Shown: positions 46,452 to 56,969 of the stretch, piece after piece
Layout: every line of letters begins with the position of its first letter
Position numbering within the stretch: the stretch's first letter is position 1
Made by a program: the position numbers and the translations under genes
Notes under the pieces: model-generated
The model's database searches: none
Told to the model about the DNA's origin: nothing
What the model saw: the letters and a program-made list of their open reading frames with translations, nothing else
Virus record (IMG/VR): IMGVR_UViG_3300032323_001214
Coordinates: 1-64,000 of that record
DNA: 64,000 nucleotides
Reading direction: 5' to 3' (one strand)

Positions 46452-49400
46452 TTACATCACTCTATATTGTGTTGTCCAAACTGTACTATTGCTACTAGCA
46501 GGTGTAACTTGTAATGCTACATTACCACCAGAAACATTTACTGATAATGAACCTGTTCCTGAACCCAAATAAGCAGTAGCATATGTTGCATAATCTACTG
46601 ATGTACCATCAGTAACCGCACTAACAGTTGCTACGCTATATTTAGCTCCAGTAGAATCTACACCTTTAACTAAAAATTCGATTGCCGCAATTCCAGTTGT
46701 ACTAAACTGAGCTATGGTTTGATTAGCAGTAATTCCAGTAGTAGTGAGTGTTCCCCAACCAACTTTAGTATTACCAATATTTGCACTGGTATTAGCAGTT
46801 ACTGTATTGGCTGTTACAGCGTTACTTGTGTTTAAATTTCCACCAGTAATATTACCTGTCGCAACAATTAAACCAGCTGTTCCTAAATTTCCTACGTTAG
46901 CATTACCAGTAACACTTAACACCCCAGATGCAATTAAATTACCAGTTGATACATTACCATTTGAAACTGTCAATACGTTAGTGGTAGTATCAAAGGTGAA
47001 GTTTGCACTTGCACCAAAATCGTTATTGCTATTAAACTGAATTTCTGTATTAGAACCAGCTGCTTGTTGGAAGTCAACTGGGGCTCCGTTTGCATAATAA
47101 TAGTTATCTGTTAATATACCGCCAACTGCCGCATTGCCTGTTATATTAGCAGTGTTTCCATATATACCATTAGCAGCTACTACGTTACTACCGTTTACAT
47201 TGCCTGTTGCAGATACAACACCACCAGTTACTAGATTGCCACCGGTAATATTACCAGTTGCTGTTATCAATCCACCGGTACCCAAATTACCTACGTTGGC
47301 GTTTCCAGTAACTGACAGTACGCCACCTGTGCTTATATTTGCGGCATTGATATTACCAGTGAAGTTTGCAGTATTACCTGCAATTGCTAAGTTAACTGCT
47401 ATATTTGGTACTATTACGTTACCACTGAAGTTTGCAGTATTACCCGCAAGTTCTAAATTAACAGTTGCGTTATTAACAACAATGTTGCCACTAAAGTTAG
47501 CACTGTTACTTGAAATTGAAGTATTTACAGTCAGTACATTGGTAATAGTTGTACCAGAAACGTTTGCGTTAGCTGCAAATACAGTTGCGTTTGCAGTAAT
47601 ATTACTTGCAACAACATTACCACCTGCTGCTACGTTACCATTAGCATTTATATTTGTACCGCTTACGTTTGCATTACTTGCAATAGCATTATTAGAGAAG
47701 ATATAACCAGCAACGGTTAAGTTTCCACCAATGTTTGCAAGATTTGCAATACTTAGACCATTAGCATCAACGTTACCTGTTACATTTAAACTTGTACCTG
47801 TTGCAGCACCAATATTTGGAGTAGTTAGTTGAGCACTTGTTTTAACAACAATGTTGCCATCAACAATATCAGTTGTTATACCATCTACGTTGGCACTTAT
47901 TACAGTACCGGTGATGTTAATACCGTTACCAGGAGTATAAGATCCTGCACCATTAAACTGAGTAAATGTTAAATTGTTGGTGCCAATTATAACATCACCC
48001 AATGGTGCTGTCATTACATAAGATTCACCTGCTCCAGTTAGACCTTGTGACACAAATACATAAGAACCGGCGCTCAATCCATTTGGAGTATCTGGACTAT
48101 ATTTGTTAAAATCTGTTGCTCTTGTTAATACCCAAGCAGTAGATCCACTACCTGCATCAGTTACAGTATACACACCATTCTCATATCCGTTCACTTGGTT
48201 ATATACTAAAACACGATTGGTATTGCTTAAGGTAATGTTATCAATTACAAGTGCGGCATTTGCACCTGCATTTGTTAACGTTGCTCCTACACCTGGATTA
48301 GCACGTGATGGCTCTGCAAGACCTGTACCATTTGAAAGAGTAGTGACTTGTGGTCCAAAATAGCCGTCTTTGACAGTAATACTAGTTGAACTAGGTATGC
48401 TAAAAACCCAATATGCTCTACCACCAATTAAACCATTGAATGAGTTAGTGAATACAATACCATCATCGACACTCAATCCGTGAGCAGAGCCAAAATCGAT
48501 ATTAACACCCCCCGTGATAGCGTCAACTGTTGGGGTTGTACCACCCTGAACATATGTTGCATTGAGTGCAGTTGGTGTTTCAACACGAACCGGAGTGTGA
48601 ATGTCAAGACCTTCACCAGCCATAACATCAACATATTCTTTTGTTGCCGCATCAGTTGGGTTAGTGGGATCAGCAAGTTGAATGATTTTCTTACCAGATA
48701 CGCTAATTGCACCTGTGCCTGTTGGTACAAGAACAATATTTTCATTAGTACCAGCTGCACTAATTGTAATATTACCAGTTGGTGCCGTAATTGTCTCTGT
48801 CCTTACGCTACCTATTATTGCTTGACCAGTTATATTAGCATTAGCACCATTTAAGAATCCGTTTGCAGTAATGTTACCGTTAGATAACATATTACCTGCA
48901 GTAGACTTGATTTCTCCAACAACTAAGAATTCAGTGCTTGTGAATGTTGCAACGTTAGCTATACCATTTACTGTAACTTCTACGTTGGCATTATTATAAA
49001 CTTTTACATTACTATTACCGTTAGCAAGAGCACCTATAAAGTTTGCCCCAGAAACATTACCTATTACGTTAACATCATTTGCAACATTAACATAATTTGC
49101 TGTTGCTAGATTACCCAAGTTTGCATTGAGTGAAGTTAGATTTCCGCTAAAGTTAGCAATATTACCATTTAATTCATTTGCTACATTAACATAATTTGCT
49201 GTTGCTAGATTACCTAAATTTGCATTAAGCGAAATTAAATTTCCACTAAAGTTAGCAACATTACCTGATAAGTTAGCGTTGACTGTTAGATTAGGTAATA
49301 TAACATTGCCACTAAAGCTAGCAGTATTACCCGCAATTGCTAGATTAACTGAAAGATTGGAAGTGGTTACATTGCTTGCGACATTCACAAAATTAGCAAT

Positions 49401-49727
49401 AGCCAAGTTACCTAAATTAGCATTATTAAACTGCCCGTTACCTAAAACAGTAAAGAGTTGTATTGCGTCATTAAAGGTAAGATTTGCGCTTGCGGCAAAG
49501 TTGTCACCCATGTTGAACTGAATTTCTGTATTAGATCCAGCGGCTTCTTGTAAGTCCCATGGCGTGCCATTTGCATAATATAGATTGTCCGTTAATAAAC
49601 CCAGAGCCGCAACATTACCTGTAAAATTAGCTTTATTACCAGCAAAGTCGCCGTTAGCGTATATAACATTAGACGGTGTTTCACCTATTGAGAATCCGCC
49701 AACTGAATTGAATGGTTTAATTGCCAT
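46452..49727 (-). CDS. tail fibre protein (1091 aa)
   Basis: DAATKEYVD, RVLV..Q...ENGVY...RATD fibre motifs; shares the MAIKPFNS N-terminus. Confidence 0.85.
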   Translation of the reverse strand: MAIKPFNSVGGFSIGETPSNVIYANGDFAGNKANFTGNVAALGLLTDNLYYANGTPWDLQEAAGSNTEIQFNMGDNFAASANLTFNDAIQLFTVLGNGQFNNANLGNLAIANFVNVASNVTTSNLSVNLAIAGNTASFSGNVILPNLTVNANLSGNVANFSGNLISLNANLGNLATANYVNVANELNGNIANFSGNLTSLNANLGNLATANYVNVANDVNVIGNVSGANFIGALANGNSNVKVYNNANVEVTVNGIANVATFTSTEFLVVGEIKSTAGNMLSNGNITANGFLNGANANITGQAIIGSVRTETITAPTGNITISAAGTNENIVLVPTGTGAISVSGKKIIQLADPTNPTDAATKEYVDVMAGEGLDIHTPVRVETPTALNATYVQGGTTPTVDAITGGVNIDFGSAHGLSVDDGIVFTNSFNGLIGGRAYWVFSIPSSTSITVKDGYFGPQVTTLSNGTGLAEPSRANPGVGATLTNAGANAALVIDNITLSNTNRVLVYNQVNGYENGVYTVTDAGSGSTAWVLTRATDFNKYSPDTPNGLSAGSYVFVSQGLTGAGESYVMTAPLGDVIIGTNNLTFTQFNGAGSYTPGNGINITGTVISANVDGITTDIVDGNIVVKTSAQLTTPNIGAATGTSLNVTGNVDANGLSIANLANIGGNLTVAGYIFSNNAIASNANVSGTNINANGNVAAGGNVVASNITANATVFAANANVSGTTITNVLTVNTSISSNSANFSGNIVVNNATVNLELAGNTANFSGNVIVPNIAVNLAIAGNTANFTGNINAANISTGGVLSVTGNANVGNLGTGGLITATGNITGGNLVTGGVVSATGNVNGSNVVAANGIYGNTANITGNAAVGGILTDNYYYANGAPVDFQQAAGSNTEIQFNSNNDFGASANFTFDTTTNVLTVSNGNVSTGNLIASGVLSVTGNANVGNLGTAGLIVATGNITGGNLNTSNAVTANTVTANTSANIGNTKVGWGTLTTTGITANQTIAQFSTTGIAAIEFLVKGVDSTGAKYSVATVSAVTDGTSVDYATYATAYLGSGTGSLSVNVSGGNVALQVTPASSNSTVWTTQYRVM

Positions 49728-49772
49728 AACCTTTTCCTTTATTAATCATATTTATCTGAAAACTATAATGAA

Positions 49773-52745
49773 TCATGGTGCATACTCCGTAATCATCATT
49801 TTGTAAGTTGTTAAATTTACCGAATCAGGTGTCACTAACAATCGAAGTGTCGCCGGATTAATAATGTCGCCTGCTACATATACAACTGAAAATGTACCAG
49901 TGCCCCCGTTTATTTGTAAACTACCAAATTCATTCCATACTACGTTCGATCCATATACCACTGTTGATATTTTAGATGACTGTCTAGTAGATCCTGCTAC
50001 ATCAGTAGCAATAATGTGAAAATCTACACCTGATACATTTGCTACAGGCACTGACCATAGTATTTGATCCGTTGCAGTTGATGACGTGGTCGCAAAATAT
50101 ACATATTGAGTCGAGAATTTATAAACTCCTGCGCCCATTTGAGTAGTATTAGCAATCAAATTACCTGCAATTTGTAATGTATTAGTTGCTTCATTGAATG
50201 TGAAAAATGGACTGCCACCAAATACACCAGCGTCATTATATTGTACTTGAGTATTGCTGCCACCAGGCAAGCCATTGCCACCACCACTGCCTGTAGTCCA
50301 TGAAAGACCTCCGGCACCGTCAGTTGATAATAATTGCCCATTAACACCGCCATATATATGAATGTTTCCAATAGTACCCAAATTAACATTGGATGAAGTA
50401 TTAGTGTCGAATCTACCACTTACGTTAACTGTTTTTGTATTTCCTACAAATACATTACCTAATGTCGTGTTTCCTGTAACAGTTAAACCAGTGGTTGTTG
50501 TCTGACCGGATGTAGAAATATTTCCCGCAGAAAAATTACCGGATACACTAAATGCACCACCTATCGACAAATTGCCTGCATTTAAATTACCGGTAACATT
50601 TAATGAAATAAGATTACCAACACTTGTAATATTAGGTTGTGCATTGTTTCTTACTGTGCTTGCAGTGTCTACTGCTAAGTTTGCTACCGGAGTAGTTGAT
50701 AAAACTGTGAAGGGTGCCGTACCTGTATTAGCAGAAGATACAAATGTAACTGCGTTTGCTCTACCTAAAATGTTAGTGTTTCCACCAACAACAAGCATCT
50801 GAGTGTTGTTATTCCACGTAAAATTAGGACTACCTGCAAAACTACCATTGTTATTGTACTGGATGTAAGTGTTAAATCCACCAGGGACTCCATTGCCACC
50901 ACCATTACCGGTTTGTGCTGACCAACTTAAATTACCTGCACCATCAGTAGTCAATACATAATTAGGAGAGCCACCTGTAATAGTTATATTACCTACTGCA
51001 CCCAAATCAACCGGACCCTGTACTGTTAAGTCAATTAAGTTACCAACAGCCCAAATATTTGGTTGATCGTTAGTTGTTAATGTACCTGCTATCAATGTTG
51101 TTATAACATTTCCTGCAGTAAGGTTACCTGTAATATCTATGTCACTTTGTGTTCCGATACCACTCATACTGCCATTAAATGTAATATTACCATTTCCACC
51201 TGATACAGTAGTATCTACATTTAAGAATCCTAAATTACCAACAGTATGAATATTAGATTGTGTTTGAGTAGTTAATGTACCAGTTAAGAAATTTGCACTT
51301 ATTAGATTAGCGCCAGTTATATTACGTGCTGTTATATTACCTGATACTACTAGGTTGTTAAGTGTACCAACACTTGTAATGTTTGGTTGTGCGTTTACTG
51401 TTACGTTACCTGCATAATTAGCAACATTAGATATTATGGTGCTGTTCGCAGAGCCAGCAGTTAATGCGTATGTTGCATTTGCAACAGCACCGACTACATT
51501 GGCACCTGTAATGTAAGTAATCGGAGCTCCGTTACCACTTAGATAACTTGACGTTATCCAATTTGCTCCTGATATGTTACCTGATACGGTTAAACCATTT
51601 AATGTACCAACGCTTGTTATGTTAGGCTGTGATGCCGTAGTCAATACACCTGATAATTGAGTTGCACTAACTCTTGTTACAGCAATAACATTAGCTGCAT
51701 TAATATTACCCGACACCGTTAAATTACTTAATGTACCTACATTAGTAATATTTGGTTGATTTGCTGTTGTTAGTATGCCGGTTAAAAAGTTTGCACTTAC
51801 TGAATTACCGGCAGATATATTTGCTATTGATAGATTACCACTGGCTATTATGTTACCGGGTACAGTTAAATCATTTCCACCTAATACAAAATTAGAACCT
51901 AATGGATTAGTAAAAATTATAGCAGTAGCATTAGCTTGAACAGAGGCATTTCCTAAATAAATTGTATTTCCACTTAGATACAAGTCTTTCCAACGATTAG
52001 CAGATGTACCTAAGTTATATTGATTATTGGCACCCGGTATAATATTGCCGGCAACATTTAATCCAGTTAATGTACCAACGCTAGTAATATTTGGTTGTGC
52101 ATTAGTTGTTAATGTTCCTGTTAAACGATTAGCTGAAACAATATTAGCATTAGAAACATTTCCTATCAAATTGCCAATAAAATAATTAGCTGATACATTA
52201 CCATTTACAGTTATACCATTTGTTTCAATAGCAGTAATAGATGCATCTACTGCTGAAATATTAACAGTTTCCAATGTGTTAGTTGAACTGTTAAAGGTTA
52301 AATTTGCACTGGCATTCAATAATCCATTTGAATTAAATTGTAATTGATTGTTTGAGCCAGCGGCTGTAGCTTGAAATACAAATGGTGCACCATTAGCATA
52401 TCGGTAATTATCAGTTAATATATTGGTAACTGCTATGTTACCAGTTATAGTAACTACATTGGTTGTATTATTGAACCGGAACGCATCACTTGCGCCGGCA
52501 TTGCCTTGATTGTTAAAAAGTACTGCTGTGTTTGTGCCTGGCACAACAATATTGCCGGAGATATTACCTGTTACATTACCTATAAAATACGGGGCGGTAA
52601 TATTACCGGTGCTAGTAATAATGCTAGCGGTTAAATTTCCTATATTTGCTTTATTGGCAGTGATATTTCCGTTGGCGTCTACAACTGTAAACGGTGGTAT
52701 ACCTATCGTAAAACCACCCAGTGAATTGAATGCGTCTGATGCCAT
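49773..52745 (-). CDS. tail fibre protein (990 aa)
   Basis: QPNITSVGTL repeats; FNS.GGF N-terminus; C-terminal domain similar to 46452..49727. Confidence 0.85.
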   Translation of the reverse strand: MASDAFNSLGGFTIGIPPFTVVDANGNITANKANIGNLTASIITSTGNITAPYFIGNVTGNISGNIVVPGTNTAVLFNNQGNAGASDAFRFNNTTNVVTITGNIAVTNILTDNYRYANGAPFVFQATAAGSNNQLQFNSNGLLNASANLTFNSSTNTLETVNISAVDASITAIETNGITVNGNVSANYFIGNLIGNVSNANIVSANRLTGTLTTNAQPNITSVGTLTGLNVAGNIIPGANNQYNLGTSANRWKDLYLSGNTIYLGNASVQANATAIIFTNPLGSNFVLGGNDLTVPGNIIASGNLSIANISAGNSVSANFLTGILTTANQPNITNVGTLSNLTVSGNINAANVIAVTRVSATQLSGVLTTASQPNITSVGTLNGLTVSGNISGANWITSSYLSGNGAPITYITGANVVGAVANATYALTAGSANSTIISNVANYAGNVTVNAQPNITSVGTLNNLVVSGNITARNITGANLISANFLTGTLTTQTQSNIHTVGNLGFLNVDTTVSGGNGNITFNGSMSGIGTQSDIDITGNLTAGNVITTLIAGTLTTNDQPNIWAVGNLIDLTVQGPVDLGAVGNITITGGSPNYVLTTDGAGNLSWSAQTGNGGGNGVPGGFNTYIQYNNNGSFAGSPNFTWNNNTQMLVVGGNTNILGRANAVTFVSSANTGTAPFTVLSTTPVANLAVDTASTVRNNAQPNITSVGNLISLNVTGNLNAGNLSIGGAFSVSGNFSAGNISTSGQTTTTGLTVTGNTTLGNVFVGNTKTVNVSGRFDTNTSSNVNLGTIGNIHIYGGVNGQLLSTDGAGGLSWTTGSGGGNGLPGGSNTQVQYNDAGVFGGSPFFTFNEATNTLQIAGNLIANTTQMGAGVYKFSTQYVYFATTSSTATDQILWSVPVANVSGVDFHIIATDVAGSTRQSSKISTVVYGSNVVWNEFGSLQINGGTGTFSVVYVAGDIINPATLRLLVTPDSVNLTTYKMMITEYAP

Positions 52746-52846
52746 TTATGTATCCTGAAATATATTTCTTATGATATATTTATCAGTTATCCAAAATTAA
52801 ATCTGAAGAAAAAAGCACCCTAAAAATCTTTTTTTCTAAATACAAT

Positions 52847-53212
52847 ATGCTCACACGACAACAACCAAGACCATTATGTAAGAATTGTAACATAACACTT
52901 GCAAAACCAAATGGTGTAAGCAAGCACGGATTCAAAAAATGGCACAAGTATTGTGTTGAATGTAGTAAGGCAGCATATAATCCAAAACATGGATACTTAT
53001 TACATAAGAAAAATAAATGTGAGAAATGTGGTTTTGTTCCAGAAGATAAATGTCAGCTTGATATTGTGTATAAAGACGGCAATAAAAAGAACAAGGTAAA
53101 ATCTAATTTAAAAACTTTATGTGCTAACTGTAATAGACTTCACCAAAAGAAAGAAAGAGAAAAACGCAAAAGTATTTTAGATATAACAGTAGATAGTGAT
53201 TTTACTCTTTAA
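52847..53212 (+). CDS. Zn-finger/HNH-like protein, catalytic His apparently absent
   Basis: Four CxxC pairs; QLDIVYKDGN..N...NL.TLCANC where HNH enzymes have HH.DG. Confidence 0.65.
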   Translation: MLTRQQPRPLCKNCNITLAKPNGVSKHGFKKWHKYCVECSKAAYNPKHGYLLHKKNKCEKCGFVPEDKCQLDIVYKDGNKKNKVKSNLKTLCANCNRLHQKKEREKRKSILDITVDSDFTL

Positions 53213-53912
53213 TACGTGTCTTAGCTAATCGGATGAATTTAAACAACGATAGCCACATATAACCAATATCAAACTCAAACCATTTTCTACTTAGTTTAGG
53301 ATTTGCAGGTTCTAAATGATGGTTATTGTGTAATTCTTCCCCTCCAATAATAATGCCAATTGGAATTATATTCGTGCTATAATCTTTGCTGTTTCCATTA
53401 CGATAACCCCATTTGTGTCCTGCGCCATTAATTACACCTGCTGCCCAGAAGGGTATCCAAATCATCTGTACTATCCATATCAAAATACCAATAGGACCAA
53501 ATAGTAAAACATCTATTAATAACATTAACACTACACCTGCATAGTTATAAGGTGTGTATACTTTTCTTTCTAACCAATCGTCGGGGGTGTCTCTACCAAA
53601 ATTAACTATCATTTTAGCATTCTTACCTGCAATGTAATAATAATACACCCCTCTGAATAGTATGTTCCATATGCCATATATTACAGGACTATGAGGGTCA
53701 CCTTCTTTGTCAGTTGTACTATGGTGCTTTCTATGTATAGCTACCCATTGTTTAGTAATCATTCCGGTAGTAAGCCACAACCATAATCTCATAAAATGAC
53801 TAAGTAGAGGGTTAAATTCAATTGCTTTATGTGCTTGACCTCTATGTAAGAATAGAGTAACACATACTATAGTGATGTGGGTAACTATTAAAGTGTATAA
53901 TATTGCGTTCAT
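53202..53912 (-). CDS. desA: DesA-like acyl-CoA delta-9 desaturase
   Basis: HRGQAH, HRKHH, GEELHNNHH, FEFDIG; start placed at MNAILY after the terminator and CATAAATA. Confidence 0.88.
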   Translation of the reverse strand: MNAILYTLIVTHITIVCVTLFLHRGQAHKAIEFNPLLSHFMRLWLWLTTGMITKQWVAIHRKHHSTTDKEGDPHSPVIYGIWNILFRGVYYYYIAGKNAKMIVNFGRDTPDDWLERKVYTPYNYAGVVLMLLIDVLLFGPIGILIWIVQMIWIPFWAAGVINGAGHKWGYRNGNSKDYSTNIIPIGIIIGGEELHNNHHLEPANPKLSRKWFEFDIGYMWLSLFKFIRLAKTRIKE

Positions 53913-53930
53913 TAGATATTTATGCCCAAT

Positions 53931-53955
53931 AAAAAAGAGCACCGAAGTGCTCTTT
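53931..53955 (-). terminator. intrinsic terminator after the major capsid gene
   Basis: AAAGAGCAC-TTCG-GTGCTCTTTTTT with UUCG tetraloop. Confidence 0.9.
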
Positions 53956-54011
53956 GATTCCTTCCCGTAACACAGACCGTAGTCTGTGCTCTCGAACAAG
54001 AAGATTTCGAT

Positions 54012-55208
54012 TTATTGGAACGTTAAATTCTGGACCGCAATTTCACCAACGTAGTCCGCTGCGTTACCGAAGCTGGATGCAGTGTTAGTCAATTCGATGT
54101 AACCATAACGTGTCATGAATGATACGACTGGTTCGAATGTTGACGGATCTAGAACAACACCAGAACTCATCAATGGGATGTATGGGCAATAGAATGCCGC
54201 TGCATCAGTTTCAGATGAACCCTTGTATCCAACTAGAACAGGAGTTGTGTCAGGAGCATAAGAGTCAACGAAAACTCTCATTGCACCGTTCAATGTACCA
54301 ACAAACTTAGTGTTTGTAGGAGCTTCGAATGTACCTTCTGTTGTACGTGCGAAAGCTGAAGTAGTTGCAGATTGCAATACTGTCAATGCTGCGCTAGAAA
54401 CAACAGCCCAGTTACCTGCGCCACGACGAGTACGTTGGGCGATCAAGTTAGCAACACGGTTGATTAGAACAGCTAGAGCAGCGTGTTCGTCACCAACGTA
54501 AGTAGCTGTACCTGATACAGTAGCTTGGTTGTATGTAAACTCTGTAGATGCTAGAGTACGTAGAGACAATAGAATTTCTTGGTCGATTTCAGCAGTAATT
54601 TCTTGTGCTAGAGCGGCCATGATTTCTGCTTCAACGTCAATACCATGCTGGCTTTGAGCGTCTTGAGCAGCTTCGAATGTCCAACGTGCTTGTAACTTAC
54701 GTGACTTAGCTTCAACAGCTTGACGCAAGATTTGTACGCTGATTTGCTTACCACCGTTACCTTCAAGAGCCGCTGTATTATTAGCAGTATAGCTTGAAGA
54801 TGTAGCAGTAGCTTGTGGTGTGCGTGAGTATGCCTGAGCAATCAAGAATGGACTCAACGCTTCTTGACCAGCAGTAACGCTAGTTGCAGCAGCAGATGTA
54901 TCTGTCAAAGATTGTGCATAACGTACACGTAATGTGTGAATTTGACCAACTGGTCCTGTCATTGGCTGAACGCCTACCAATTCGTTAGCAATAACGGTTG
55001 GCATAACACGACGGATAACAGGTAGAATAACACGGTTTAATGTAGCAATGTTACCTGCAGTTGTAGTACCGGCTGAAGATTCAGATAGTAACTGTTTTTT
55101 GGTGTTTTCTAAGATCACACCCATTGTTGAGCGGCGAGTACCCTTAAGGCCTTCTAGAAGGGCTTCTTTGGTCTCGTCCCAACGGCTTTCTAATAGAACT
55201 TTTGACAT
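54012..55208 (-). CDS. gp23: major capsid protein (T4 gp23-like)
   Basis: GVQPMTGPVG, A.SRKL.A.WT.E.AQD, FYCPY.PL, MTRYG. Confidence 0.97.
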   Translation of the reverse strand: MSKVLLESRWDETKEALLEGLKGTRRSTMGVILENTKKQLLSESSAGTTTAGNIATLNRVILPVIRRVMPTVIANELVGVQPMTGPVGQIHTLRVRYAQSLTDTSAAATSVTAGQEALSPFLIAQAYSRTPQATATSSSYTANNTAALEGNGGKQISVQILRQAVEAKSRKLQARWTFEAAQDAQSQHGIDVEAEIMAALAQEITAEIDQEILLSLRTLASTEFTYNQATVSGTATYVGDEHAALAVLINRVANLIAQRTRRGAGNWAVVSSAALTVLQSATTSAFARTTEGTFEAPTNTKFVGTLNGAMRVFVDSYAPDTTPVLVGYKGSSETDAAAFYCPYIPLMSSGVVLDPSTFEPVVSFMTRYGYIELTNTASSFGNAADYVGEIAVQNLTFQ

Positions 55209-55240
55209 TTTATATTTCTCCTAAATCTATGTCTTTATAA

Positions 55241-56350
55241 TTAAAGCCCTGCCAGACGCTTGATATCGATAACGTTGTCACGTTCTTCGTTCTCAACAAC
55301 ATCTTGTTTGGCAGATTTATCACCAGTAATTTCACTAATCATTGTTGACTCAGAAAGATTCTGCTTGGTAGCAATTTTTCTTTCAGCGCCACTGTTTAGT
55401 ACTGCTGGTAGATACTTATCGAAAGCGGCTTGTAGACGTGGTGTCTGGACGCTTTCTAGTAAGTTCTTCATTACGTTTGCTTTTTCTTCGTTCAATGAAC
55501 CAAGTAAATCAGCCATAGTCTTTTCACGTAGATTAGACTCTTTTATAATGCGAACTTCACGTTCTTTACTTTCAATCAACTTTTTAGATTGATTGATAGT
55601 CTCAATGGATTCAGCCAATTGAATATCTTTTTGTTGAAGTTGTGTCATTAGCTTTCTTGTTTCTGCTTTCTCATTTAAATGAGTAACAGAGAACTCTCCT
55701 GCAAATGCTTCAAATAAGCGACGGCCAAAGTTGTTTTCTTTTGCAACTTTAATGTCTTCTTTCAACTGACCTAATTCACCCTTTAATTGACTTGTTACAG
55801 CAGTAGACAATTTCTTAGCACTTTCAGCAACAAAACGTTGCTTCAATGCTTCTAATTGTTTACGGCCTTCTGCAACTAACTTAACCTTAGCTTCAACTAC
55901 TGCTTGTTTGTCTGTGGCGAATTCTTTAATTTCGCGGGCAAGAGCATGAACAATAAATTGTTCTAACTTTTGTTGACTTTCTTTAGCGATCATACGGTCA
56001 GAACGTAGTTCTTTAATTTCTTCGGCTAGTTTAGTAACCATAAAATCATTGAATTTTGTTGCTGATTCACGTAGTTTTTGTTGTGCGTTGATACGGTCTT
56101 CGTTCATTGCTTGTTTTTCAGCACGGAATTCTTCAATCTCGTCTGATAAACTGTCTGTAACCATCTTGTCAAGGGCTTCAACCATCACATGTCTATCATG
56201 TTCGTAACGTTGTGCAAATTCCTCGCGGAGTTCTGCACGAACTTGTTCGCGGGCTTCGTTCAATTTCATTTCCCAGGCTTCATTTAACTGTTGCCCGATA
56301 TCGTCATTGATAAGTCCACTCTCAAGTAATGGTTTGATAGCATCAAACAT
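55241..56350 (-). CDS. gp22: prohead core scaffold (T4 gp22-like)
   Basis: Long coiled coil between gp21 and gp23. Confidence 0.8.
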   Translation of the reverse strand: MFDAIKPLLESGLINDDIGQQLNEAWEMKLNEAREQVRAELREEFAQRYEHDRHVMVEALDKMVTDSLSDEIEEFRAEKQAMNEDRINAQQKLRESATKFNDFMVTKLAEEIKELRSDRMIAKESQQKLEQFIVHALAREIKEFATDKQAVVEAKVKLVAEGRKQLEALKQRFVAESAKKLSTAVTSQLKGELGQLKEDIKVAKENNFGRRLFEAFAGEFSVTHLNEKAETRKLMTQLQQKDIQLAESIETINQSKKLIESKEREVRIIKESNLREKTMADLLGSLNEEKANVMKNLLESVQTPRLQAAFDKYLPAVLNSGAERKIATKQNLSESTMISEITGDKSAKQDVVENEERDNVIDIKRLAGL

Positions 56351-56969
56351 GCTTATTCCCCTTTATTTGATTTTCTTGCATTATCCATCCATTCAATTGA
56401 TTTTTACACCAACGATATATTGTCGTGTGTGAACAATTATTATCTTTGGCGGCATCAAAAGGTGTATGATACTGCTTGCCTTCAGGTGATATTATAATCC
56501 ATTTATTATTAGGATTATTAGTACCTGATTTAATTAAAGACATTTGTTTTAGAGATTCACGTGTGTGTGTTTTTCCTAAAAATGTCCCTAATTTTCCTTT
56601 TCGGTAAACAATATTTTGTTTAGCCAAATGTGTTCTTAACTTTTGTGCGTGATTTGTAGATTTTTTAATTCCCAAATTAACTGCACCATTAAATTTTGGT
56701 GTGGCATTGTGTCTGTTGAGGCTTCTAGGGTCTGACACCGCATCAAAGAAAGTTAAAATTTCTTGCTCTAACAAACGCATTTCTTTGGGGGCGCCTGTAG
56801 CAATAATTTCTTTTTTCCAGTTTTTACTATTTTCAATAATTAAAGGTTCTACTGTTTTACTAGAGCATATATAACCGTCATTTGGGTGACAGTTTTTTCT
56901 TGTCCTAGATCCAACATACCATTGCAATGTTTCTAGGTTCGTCCATTTATAAACATACGCAATGGTCAT
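56343..56969 (-). CDS. GIY-YIG (Seg-like) homing endonuclease with NUMOD3-like motif
   Basis: YVYKWTN...WYVGSR; GKTHTRESLKQMS. Confidence 0.8.
   Translation of the reverse strand: MTIAYVYKWTNLETLQWYVGSRTRKNCHPNDGYICSSKTVEPLIIENSKNWKKEIIATGAPKEMRLLEQEILTFFDAVSDPRSLNRHNATPKFNGAVNLGIKKSTNHAQKLRTHLAKQNIVYRKGKLGTFLGKTHTRESLKQMSLIKSGTNNPNNKWIIISPEGKQYHTPFDAAKDNNCSHTTIYRWCKNQLNGWIMQENQIKGNKHV

Noticed and set aside
27119-52758. Numerous long plus-strand ORFs antisense to the fibre genes (e.g. 42937..44091, 44368..45030)
   Set aside because: These are shadow frames produced by the repetitive Asn/Gly/Thr/Ala codon usage of the real minus-strand genes.
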